A stretch of DNA of 63,305 bases, counting the filler, from Octopus bimaculoides (lineage: Eukaryota): NCBI RefSeq assembly GCF_001194135.2. It is 8 parts of 6 records of this genome, joined end to end, with 100 filler letters (N's around TTAATTAATTAA, not from the genome) between each part and the next. Parts side by side here need not be neighbours in the genome. Positions count along the whole stretch, not along the records: positions 41,278 to 55,176 come from NC_068996.1; 7 more parts are not named here. One strand, given 5' to 3'. The notes below the pieces were generated by a model. It worked only from the letters and a program-made list of their open reading frames with translations, did no database searches and was not told where the DNA came from. A program made the position numbers and the translations under genes. This document shows positions 41,178 to 52,215 of the stretch, piece after piece (position 1 is the stretch's first letter; every line of letters begins with the position of its first letter).

Positions 41178-41879
41178 NNNNNNNNNNNNNNNNNNNNNNN
41201 NNNNNNNNNNNNNNNNNNNNNTTAATTAATTAANNNNNNNNNNNNNNNNNNNNNNNNNNNNNNNNNNNNNNNNNNNNTACAGGTTTGCTTGTCAGTTGCT
41301 TGACCTTAACCAGTTGAGCATGTCCCTTAGTGACTGACTCTATGTGCATCTCTGATCATGATCATGAGCTAAAGGGTTAATAAGAGAATGCATAAAGGAT
41401 GTTCATGTTTGGAACATATTTGTTCATTGGCCTTCTCAGCCAGATTTTACTTTGTGCTACACAATAACCACAACTCAATCATCAACATCTCTAGGCTTAT
41501 GTGTGCATGTATGTATGTATGTATGTTTGTCATTGTTCAGTTTTATTTCAAGATTTCTTGTTAATAGAGAAAGAGTTGGTTTCTAATCTAGATCCAAGGT
41601 TCCTTCATTAGAATTTCAACATCAACAGCAGGGTAGTTTTGTTTCTATGTATGTATGTACATGTGCAGATTTGTATGTCTTGTTTTATGTATGTATTGTC
41701 ATGCATATAGTTGCATATCTAGACATGCTCATATATATTTAAATGATAAACTTCTGATGTATGTATATATGTTTTCTGAAGCAGAAAACTGTCTATGAGA
41801 TATATTAGCAAACAAAATAATTTCTAAACATTTTCAAAAAATCACCGAATCAACAACCAATAAACTACTACCACCATAC

Positions 41880-41959
41880 CCTGGGGTATGAGATGATATT
41901 GCGGATGACACTTCAGATAGCAAAACAATGAGTGAAAATATATGCTTTAAAATTGCCTT
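41880..41959 (-). CDS. Candidate 80-nt internal exon of an unidentified gene
   Basis: Minus-strand acceptor ttttattctag| and donor CAGG|gtatgg. One open frame, KAILKHIFSLIVLLSEVSSAISSHTP. No homology recognised. Confidence 0.25.
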
Positions 41960-42257
41960 CTAGAATAAAATTACTAACTCACTCTTAAGAATACTTTTAT
42001 TCTACTAAGCACACCAAGAACTTTAAATGTAGGTTTAAAAAATTATGACCAATGACTGTATCTTTAAGATGACATCCTTGTGTGAATATAGATTCAATTG
42101 TCTTTTAATAATCAAGACAAAATCTAAAAATATCCTGAATCTACAGTCAGACCTGCAGAACACAATCAGCAAGGGATAAAAAGCAGAAAGTAGGAATTGT
42201 ATTTTATCTCTACAATTGCAATTGATTTTACCATTTTATATTATTTTACTAATTGAA

Positions 42258-42460
42258 GACAGTGAGCTGGCAGAATCATTAGCATACTGGCCAAAATACT
42301 TAGCAACATTTCATCTATCTTTACATTCTGAGTTCAAGGCCAAACTTTACTTTTCATCCTTTCAGGGTTGATAAAATAAGTACCACTGGGGTTGATGTAA
42401 TTGACTTATCCATTCTCTCGAAATTGCTGGCCTTGTATCAAAATTTGCAATCAATATTTT
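42258..42460 (+). mobile_element. SINE family D, CpG-decayed
   Basis: gacagtgagctggcagaatcattagcatactggcc..ttttcatcctttcagggttgataaaataagtacc. Confidence 0.7.
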
Positions 42461-43019
42461 CTATTAAATGATCGATTTACATTTGCATATTATGCACTGA
42501 GTCCACAGCTTGTTTTTGCTTTCTTTTTTTTTTTCTGGTACTGTATGTAGTTCAATTAGAGGAAAAAAATGATAAATTATTTACATCATAAGAATTTAGA
42601 AACTACAAGAGAACTTAAAATAAATCGTTTTTAACAATTGANNNNNNNNNNNNNNNNNNNNNNNNNNNNNNNNNNNNNNNNNNNNNNNNNNNNNNNNNNN
42701 NNNNNNNNNNNNNNNNNNNNNNNNNNNNNNNNNNNNNNNNNNNNNNNNNNNNNNNNNNNNNNNNNNNNNNNNNNNNNNNNNNNNNNNNNNNNNNNNNNNN
42801 NNNNNNNNNNNNNNNNNNNNNNNNATTAAACATAATAAATTAATTATTAGTCTTTTTCATCTTCAAGGGTGATGTAGAAAGTGCAAAAATTAATCAAACA
42901 TTTCCTTAGGGTTTAAAGCAAAAGAAATATTTGAAAACCACTACCATGGGACCAATCACTAACTAAAATTATCTTTGTTTCAGCCTGCTTAAACTGAGAT
43001 GTCAGAATAAATGTGATCA

Positions 43020-43495
43020 GATGACTGACAAGAACATGAAAGGAAACATGTGAAACGGATGACGTGGGATGAAGTGGTGAGTAAGGATCTTCAGACGTTG
43101 GGCCTCACAGAGGAGATGACAACGGTCTGAGACTTCTGGTGGTTTGCTGTGCTTGAGAAGACATGTCAAGCTAAGTAAAATCGTGGTTGTCCTTACATAC
43201 CAGGTATTTCCTTCAGCTGAGTGATCCTAATCTTGTGGGCTCATGGGTATCAGTGCCACGTAAAAAGCACCCGTGCTGGTGCTATGTAAAAGCACCCATA
43301 CCAGAGCTACATAAAAGCACTCAGTACAATCTGTAAAGTGGTTGACATTAAGAAGGGCATCCAGTCATAGAGTACACGCCAAAACAGATATGGAGCCTGG
43401 CAGCTCTTCAGCTGGCCAGTTCCTGTCAAATCATCCAACCTGTGCTAGCATGGAAAACAGATTTTAAATGATGACAATGATGATGAGGATGATGA
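43020..43495 (+). mobile_element. Decayed RTE 3' end and tail
   Basis: Decayed GRGRPRKTWDEVV..DLQTLGLTEEMT region, then aaaagcacc repeats, agggcatccag and a (gat)n tail. Confidence 0.7.
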
Positions 43496-44324
43496 TAAAA
43501 AGAACTAGTTTTATCAAGTATAAGAGAAATCAAAAAGACTGGAGTTCCTCAAAGCTTGCATTGTTCTTTTAGAAGTCCAAGTTGCCATAGAAGTCTTGAC
43601 GTACATGTAACCAGAAAGCTGGTATAGACAAAACATATCTCTATTGTATATCGAAAACTTTACCATTTCTTCTTAACATGAGAGTATAATAAAAGTACTT
43701 GTTTTGGTTACATTGTATTTTCTCTATGTTTATTGTAATATGCACCACTGTATTTGCCATGGTAAATTCATTTAAAGTGAATGCATATGCACTAGTGGTT
43801 AAAATGTTGAGTACATGACCCTTATGTCATGGGTTTGATTTTTGGAGCAGTTAATGCATTATGTCCTTGAACAAGGCATTTAATTTCACATTGCTCTACT
43901 ACACTCAGCTGAAAATGAGTAGGATCATGAGGCTAAGAACTTATCCAAATTTTCAAGGCTTTTCAACTGAAAGTATAACACTCCCTCTTGAATAGGATGG
44001 TGAGCCATCACACTGATACCAAGGAGTTAACCCTGTGATAGACTGATGTCCTATCCAAGAGGAAGTATTTGTACTTTCAGTCTAAATATCTTGAAAATCC
44101 AGATAAGCTCCTGGCTTCATCACCCTTGAAGCAGAGATAGAAACCTGTTAAAATATATATAAAGAAAAAGAAAAATGAATGTGGGATGGAATGTCTTGTA
44201 TTTTAACCATGAGAAATGAGGATTATGTCAGCAAATAGATACATCACCTACCCAAGTAAATAAAGTAAATAAATCTATCATCTTCTTTATTACTTGTATG
44301 TAACACTTAAATATAAGTTACTTA

Positions 44325-44790
44325 GCCAAGAAAAGAGATAGGCATGAAGAAGCCAAAGATTAAGTGGCTGAAGGCAAATGATGCAATGAGCTATAACAAA
44401 TTTGACAAGGTAGCAAGAATGACCATCAAATTCAAAGGGGAATTTAAAGGGAAATTTGGCAGGATGGTCATTCACCCGCTGACATTCGTTGAAGCAGCAT
44501 CGAAGAAACCAAAGAACAAAAGCAAAAAAGAGAAAGAAGAAATGCACTCAACACCAGAGCTGAGGTGGGGTGGGACCCGCCACGTCGAAAACAGTAGAGG
44601 AGTAGGGGCTGAAACAGGATGTGGTTCCTCTTGATGATGTCTTTAGTCACTGGATCCTATAAAGGAGCTGTTGAGGTAGCAAACCATGAAACGTGGTTGG
44701 AATTCCTCTTTTATGTCACTAGTTAACATACTGTAGATTAGGTTATGGCTTTATTTAAATGAGTGTACAGATCAGGAAGTAGAGAAATCT
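44325..44790 (+). mobile_element. Probable HERO/NeSL-type (restriction-like endonuclease) non-LTR relic
   Basis: KKPKIKWLKANDAMSYNKFD..KFKG..SKKEKEE..LRW resembles the IKWPxAN..FD region upstream of the RT in HERO-type elements. Recognised from memory only; decayed downstream. Confidence 0.4.
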
Positions 44791-44818
44791 TTACCTATGA
44801 GGGAAATTTGAAACTTAC

Positions 44819-44830
44819 TGAAGTTAGCTC
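44819..44830 (-). other. Candidate 12-nt microexon
   Basis: Minus strand cacttattttttacacag|GAGCTAACTTCA|gtaagttt. Confidence 0.25.
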
Positions 44831-46266
44831 CTGTGTAAAAAATAAGTGTTTCAGGGTTTATGAATAAAAACCAAAGCATTAATTTAACACTTTTGATATC
44901 AGCATGCATGAGACCACCCACTGGTTCTACAATACAAAATTTTCATTTTAAAGAGATCGAAAATAAAACCTTCCATAAAAATTTTATGTTAATTTATGTT
45001 CTAAATATCAACTAAATAATAACAAAATTACTTTACTAAATTCTTGATTATTTTATAAAATTTTATAAAATTAGATTAAACAAAGGCAGCGTATTTCGAC
45101 AGAAATATGGTAACAAAAGGGTTAAAGTGATCTAAATTAAAACCTTCCCTCAAAATTTCATGTTAATTTATGCTCTAAACACCAGTTTAATAAGGACAAA
45201 GTTATTTTACTAAATTCTTAATTTAAAAAAAAAATTAACAGGAACAAAGGCAATGGATTTCAACAGAAATATGATGACAAAGTGAATAAATATGTCACCC
45301 ATAACCATAGAAACCATAACATTTTATATTCTGCTAAATGCTACCTTCCAGTTTTATTCTAATCATCAAATCTCAGAAAAATAAAGAATCATAAATTATC
45401 AACAGCCAAAGACAACTACCAAATCTTAAAAGACTCTCAATGAAGGCAAAAATGAATGAAATAACTGAACAGTGAACAAAGTAAAAAAATTTCAAGAATG
45501 GGAAGGACTTGAAGGTTAATGAAAATATGAATTGCAAAACAAAAACTCTGCAATGAGAAGTATATTGGCCAAATGGGATCAAAATGAATAAATTGGATTA
45601 GGGTACATAATCCACAAATCAAAGATTTATCTCTTAAAAATGCTCCATGCAGCAAATATCTAAATTTTTGTGCAAACGGTGAAAATTCAAAATATTCCCT
45701 TTTTATCAAAATAAAAGAAAATGATCAATTATGAAAGGCAAAAGATGAATGCTCTTTAAGTATTCTAAATCCAATAGTAAACTGAATAGTAAATTTGAAA
45801 AGCTGTAATTAATGAAAACACTTATACATTACAATGCTTCTTTTCAAATTATTTGTGTCAGTCTGTTTTTTTAACATTTTTTTTTTTTTCTTATCTAATT
45901 AATAATATAATAAAATCTTTCTTTCTGATATTGTAACAGTATGTGGTGTATGCGTGGCAGAGAGATCTGTTGAAAGGGCACGAAATCCCGATCGAGGCTC
46001 CCTTTGCCCTTCTTCCTCTTTCAGTCAGCTCGCCGTTCCGGTCAGCTCCCCAGTCGCTGATGTCATACCACACAGTATCAAGAATTTCTTCTAAAAAAAC
46101 TTTTATCAACAGGCTTCTAAACAGTTTCTGATTGCCAAATATGCTCACAAGGCATTGGTCTGCCCAAGACCAATGCCTTGTGAGAAGACACTTTGCCCAA
46201 GATTTGATGCCAAGGGACCAAACCTGAAACCATAGCGTTGCAAGACTAACTTCATGACTCCACAGC

Positions 46267-46350
<84 letters not shown>

Positions 46351-47150
46351 TGTGTGTGTGTGTGTGCGTGCATGCATGCGTGAATGCATGATTGCCTGTG
46401 GTTGGGTGAAATTGAATCTTTTAATTCATTTTACTTTGGAAAATATTTTCTCCACAACAGTCCTCACCCACACAGGAAGATGGAGGGTGGTGGTGATGGT
46501 TACTAGTTATAGATTGTTTATGTAGGTGAAAACATATTAAATGATTAAAAACAGGAAAAAGAAAAAGAGAAACAACAAAAAGAGAAACAACAAAATATAT
46601 TCGAATATCGAGGCAACCCATTGATAAGTAGAGACACAAAAAGTGTGTAAATCCACAGTTAATTATGCTTGGCTACAAAGAGAGCAACAAGCTCATTTAA
46701 CAGCTGGTTTACAGAAAACAAAAAAATGTAACAGCTCTACCGATATGTGTGTGTAGTCTGTGTTGTAGGTGTTATTGTTGTTGTTGTATAATTGTTGTAA
46801 TCTCTGTTGTAGTTGTAGTTGCTGTTGTTAGAGCTCTGACTGTTATTGTCACGTTGTTGTTGTTGTTGTAGCTGCTCTTGTTCTTTTAGTTGTAATTATC
46901 ACTGCTGTTGCTGTTACAGTTGTTAACATCATTGATGCCGCTTGTGTTGCTGTTGTTGTTGTTGTCGTCGTCGTCGTCGTCGTTTTTGTTTATCCCCCAA
47001 TACAGCCTTGATTGAGCAGAGACGTTCTCACCATGACTTTTCCATTTTCTTTTCTGTACAGAGAACACAGAGCTATATTGTTCAACTTTTACTTTTTTTA
47101 AAGACAATAAGAAGGGATCAAATAGAGGCTCGCTTCTTGTTGTTGTTGTT

Positions 47151-47189
<39 letters not shown>

Positions 47190-47924
47190 ACTGTTTCTGT
47201 TTATGTAGGTTTTATTGATGTCGTTATTTTTGGCTATTCATCATCAACATTATCTGATTATCTAGTAGAGTTTAATAGCTGTCATCACATTATTTCATAC
47301 GTCATCTAATTAAACCATGGTAATTACTTTCATCATTTCTTCTTTGAAATAATACATTTCCAATATCAATTAATATTTGCCCGTTTCTTATATTTTTTGG
47401 TATATTTTCCTCTTCTGTTTTTTTTTTTTTCTTAATCCTTTCATCTCCTTTTGTACATATATAATTACATACATACATACATACATACAACATACACATG
47501 TATGTATGTGTGTATGTATGTATTTATGTATGTATGTGTATGTGTGTGTATTATGTATGTATGTATGTATGTATGTATGTATGTATGTAGGTAGGTAGGT
47601 AGGTAGGTATATCATCATCATCATCATCAGCAGCAGCAGCAGCACTTTAACTTTTCCATGCTTGCATGGATTGGAAGGAATTTAGTAGGGCAGACTTTTT
47701 ATAATCAGATGCCTTTCCAGTTACCAACCCTCACCTGTTTCCAAGCAAAATAATATTTCTCCATAACCAGACATGTTTTCATGGAATATTGGGAATGAAG
47801 GACACTGCTTGCATGGCAGTGACATTCGTTTACAACTATGAAACGGTGTCAAGGCAAGGAGACAGTAATCTACACACATACACCAACACCCTACGCATGC
47901 ATACCACACATGTACATACATACA

Positions 47925-47954
<30 letters not shown>

Positions 47955-47955
<1 letters not shown>

Positions 47956-49360
47956 GTGCAGAAAACAACTTCTGCCACATTCCAGGGTGAAAAACTAGAA
48001 GTAGTTGATAGCTTCCATTACCTAGGTGACCAAGTCAGTAGCGGGTGAGGGTGCGCTGAAAGTGTAGCTGCTAGAATAAGAATAACCNNNNNNNNNNCCT
48101 AGGTGACCAAGTCAGTAGCGGGTGAGGGTGCGCTGAAAGTGTAGCTGCTAGAATAAGAATAGCCTGGGCAAAGTTCAGAGAGCTCTTACTTCTGCTGGTG
48201 ACAAAGGGCCTCTCGCTCAGTATAAAAGACAGACTGTATGACGCATGTGTACGAACAGCCATGCTACATGGCAGTGAAACATGGGCTGTAACTGCTGAGG
48301 ACATGCGTATGCTCGCAAGGAATGAAGCCAGTATGCTCTGATGGATGCATAATGTCAATGTGCATACTAGGCAGAGTGTAAGTACCTTGAGAGAAAAGTT
48401 GGACCTAAGAAGCATCAGTTGTGGTGTGCAAGAGAGACGATTGCACTGGTATGGTTATGTGGCGAGAATGGATGAGGATAGCTGTGTGAAAAAGTGCCAC
48501 ACCCTAGCAGTTGAGGGAACCTGTGGAAGAGGTAGGCCCAGGAAGACCTGGGATGAGGTGGTGAGGCACAACCTTCAAACATTAGGCCTTACGGAGGCAA
48601 TGACTAGTGACCAAGACCTTTGGAAATATGCTGTGCTTGAGAAAACCCAGCAAGCCAAGTGAGACCATAACCCGTGGCCTCTGCCAGGGGTATAGTCAGC
48701 CCACTTATGCATACCTTTCCTTCATTGGACACAAAACTCTGCTTGCTAAGACCTGTTGAGGCAAGTGAAATTGAAATTGAAATCAAACCAAATTTGACGA
48801 CTGGCACCCATGCCGACCTTTCCTTCATTGGACACTAAACTCTGCTTGCAAAGACCTGTTGGCGGAAGTGAAATCGAAATCGAAATTGAAATTGAACCAA
48901 ACTTGATGACTGGCACCCGTGCCAGTGGAGTGCTAACAGCACCGTCTGAGCGTGATCATTGCCAGAGCAGCTGTCTGGCTTCCATGCCAGTGGCACGTAA
49001 ATAGCACTATTTGAACGTGATCGTTACCAGCGTCGCTTTACTGGCACATGAAAAAACATTCGAGTGAGGTCATTGCCAGTGCCACTGGACTGGCTCCTGT
49101 GTAGGTGGCACGTAAAAAACGCCATTTGAGCATGGCCATTGCCAGTACCGTCTGACTGGCCCTCGTGCCGGTGGCACGTAAAAGCACCTACTACACTCTC
49201 GGAGTGGTTGGTGTTAGGAGGGGCATCCAGTTGTAGAAACTCTGCCAGATCAGATTGGAACCTGGTGTAGCCTTCTGGTTCGCCAGTCCTCAGTCAAATT
49301 GTCCAACCCATGCTCGCATGGAAAGCGGACGTTAAACGACGATGATAATGAAATGATAAT
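47955..49360 (+). mobile_element. 5'-truncated RTE LINE with long modular 3' UTR and (GAT)n-type tail
   Basis: GEKLEVVDSFHYLGDQ..RIRIAWAKFREL..LYDACVRTAMLHGSETW..RRLHWYGYVARM..GRGRPRKTWDEVV, a few stops; tail gttaaacgacgatgataatg. Confidence 0.92.
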
Positions 49361-49384
49361 GAAGACTAGCAGTGAATGGAATTA

Positions 49385-49600
49385 TAATTCTTTTTCATTT
49401 TGGCACAAGGCCAGCAATTTTGGGGAAGGGGATAAGTTGATTAGATTAACCCAATGTTAAACTGGTACTTATTTTATCAACCCTGAAATGATGAAAGGTA
49501 AAGTCAACCTTGGTAGAACTTGAACTCAGAACATAAAGACAGATGAAATGCCACTATGCATCATGCCTGGCATGCTAACAATTCTGCCAGCTCACCATCT
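49385..49600 (-). mobile_element. SINE family D
   Basis: ggtacttattttatcaaccctgaaatgatgaaaggtaaagtcaacc..caattctgccagctcacc. Confidence 0.75.
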
Positions 49601-49617
49601 TTGTCTCCTTAATGATG

Positions 49618-49688
<71 letters not shown>

Positions 49689-49689
49689 T

Positions 49690-49885
49690 CTTTTTAATGT
49701 TGGCATAAGGGGCAGGAGTCTAGTTGATTACTTTGATCATAATACTTAATTGGTATTTTATTGGTTCTGATACATGGCAAAGTTGACCTTGACAGGATTT
49801 GAACTTCGAACATAAAGAATCAAAAGAAATGCCACTAAGCATTTTGACTAATGCATAAATAATTCTGCTAGCTTGCCACCTTTGT
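49690..49885 (-). mobile_element. SINE family D, diverged
   Basis: ggcaaagttgaccttgacaggatttgaac..gccactaagcattttg..aattctgctagcttgccacc. Confidence 0.6.
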
Positions 49886-50133
49886 GAATGTTGCATAGCT
49901 GAATACTGGGTGTTTGAGTTATTTAAAATATCTTAAAGAATATGCAGCAAACACTAAGAAATATCAACCTGTCAAAAAAAGAAAAAATTTTTAACTCTAT
50001 AAACAGTACCTAAGTGAAAAATGACTTATCCAGGAATTGAAACCTAAAACTGAATTAACTGTCAAGTAGCTTATTTCCTCTAAAACAAACACAATGTAAA
50101 TATAAAAAGAATAACTAATATATATTGAAGCTT

Positions 50134-50345
50134 AAGGCGGTGAGCTGGTAGAATCATTAGCATGCCAGGCAAAATGCTTAGCAGTATTTCATCTGTCTTC
50201 ACATTCTGAATTCAAATTCCATAGAGGTTGAGGTTGACTTTCATCCTTTGTGGTTGATAAAATAAGTACCAGTTGAGCACTGGGATCAATGTAATTGATT
50301 TACTCCCTTCTCTGAAATTACTGGCCTTGTGCCTGAAACCAATAT
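50134..50345 (+). mobile_element. SINE family D, CpG-decayed
   Basis: aaggcggtgagctggtagaatcattagcatgccaggcaaaatgcttagc..ctttcatcctttgtggttgataaaataagtaccag. Confidence 0.8.
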
Positions 50346-51648
50346 ATACTGAGGCTTATTCTCATTTCTGATATCCTGGCTTTGTTTCAAAGTCTTTTTA
50401 TGTCAAAAGACCATTCCCTATTTCAATAGAAAATATATTTATTTATATATCTATTTATTGAAATATAAACTGCTGAAAGATTGGCTTATTAACAAATATG
50501 CTAATATTTAAAATATTTTAAAAAAATATTGTAATGTCAATCACTCTTTTGTGTGAACACTTTCTGGAAGATGTGATCATTGAACTTCTCTTTTATGGAA
50601 TTAGATAAATAAATGAATATATATATAATTCATCACCACCATGTTCATCGTTATCATCATCCTCATTATCATCACTTAATGTCTGTCTTCCATGCTGGTA
50701 TCAATTGACTGATTCAACAGGATCCAATGAGTAGGAAAGCTGTGTCAAGCTCTAATGCCAGCTTTGGCATGGTTTCTACAGCAGGTTACCCATCATAATA
50801 TCAACCATTTTACAGCATGTATTCAGTACTTTTTTGTGAAACTGGCATCAGTGCATTTGCCATGTTATTAGCAATACTAAGGAAAAGTTCCTTTGACCTA
50901 GAGGGAGTATAGTAGAGAGGGAGTTGTTGAGAGGCTTATATATAACAGAAGGATAGAAACAGATGTATTGTTGTAGAGGAGATACATGGTTACCCTGCAT
51001 TACATAAATGTAGGTAAGAGTAACTGGAAAGAGAGATAAAAACAGTGGCAACAAAGTGTTAGGGTGTACTCTCAAAAGTACAAGAAGGTGAATAGAAGAG
51101 AAACAAAAGACAGAAGACTGGGAAAGGTGAGTGGGTGAATTTGCAAGAGTGTGAAAGGTGAGTAACAGATGATTACATGTGGGGTCAGATGTAAGCATAT
51201 TGGATGGTGAACAAGGGTGGAGGCATGGTCAGTGGTGAGTATCAGTTTGGGGAGGAAAGGTGAAGGAAATAAGAGTGGTCAGGAAGGAGAAGATAAGAGG
51301 CAGTACAGAAAAAGTATAGCGCAACAGTGTAATAAAACTGTAGAGTGGAGATGAGAGAGGGAGAGGGGGAGAGAAGAGAGAGAGATATGTACAGTGACAG
51401 AGATTGAAGTTAGAGGCACTTAGGAGTGGATATAGTGAATGACAAACAAAGAACAAAGATGGAAAGGGATGCTGCTGATCACAGATATGAAATGGATCAT
51501 TGCTCTTTGTTCTTCATTGGTGCACATTGCTAGTGGAGTGGCCATGCTTACACTGTAAAGCCAAAGAAAAATGGCATGACCAAGCTCAATGTATTGTATA
51601 TGCAAAAAAGAAACACACTCTAAAGCATGGAGCAGTAATGTATTTATA

Positions 51649-51878
51649 CGTAGTTAAGTATATGTCCAGTCATAAAGTGACTGGTGGTATTCCTGCTTCC
51701 CATAGGTGATCAATGGATTCCTGCCTCTCAGAAGTGACCAATGGATTCCTGCCACCTAGAGTGTCAAGAGTTACATTTGCCTTCAGCTTTAGAGTCTGAC
51801 AAGATGTCTATGGGGCTAAGCCTTTCTTTGGATGTGAAACCATTGGTCACTCTATGACTGGACATAGACTTAACTACA
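51649..51878. mobile_element. MITE-like element with ~30-bp TIRs and internal direct repeats
   Basis: gtagttaagtatatgtccagtcataaagtgac versus gtcactctatgactggacatagacttaactac; internal caatggattcctgcc occurs twice. Confidence 0.7.
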
Positions 51879-51898
51879 CACATATACACACACACACA

Positions 51899-51968
<70 letters not shown>

Positions 51969-52181
51969 TGTATATATATGCATCATCATCATCAGGATTT
52001 AACATCCATTTTCAGTGCTGGTATGGGTTGGATGGTTTACAGGAGCTGGCAAGGCTGAAAGCCACACAAGGTTCCATTGTCTATNNNNNNNNNNNNNNNN
52101 NNNNNNNNNNNNNNNNNNNNNNNNNNNNNNNNNNNNNNNNNNNNNNNNNNNNNNNNNNNNNNNNNNNNNNNNNNNNNNNNN

Positions 52182-52209
<28 letters not shown>

Positions 52210-52215
<6 letters not shown>

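Noticed and set aside
44344-44634. 96-aa ORF as a host gene exon
   Set aside because: Better explained as a decayed non-LTR retrotransposon segment; the downstream frame breaks up.
48021-48164. ~65-bp duplication within the RTE ORF around a 10-N gap
   Set aside because: Overlapping contig ends; assembly artefact.
48920-49200. Regularly spaced tggcac(g/a)t repeats resembling a CRISPR array (also 55700-55900)
   Set aside because: Eukaryotic context, the spacers are similar to one another, and the same block recurs as part of the RTE 3' UTR.
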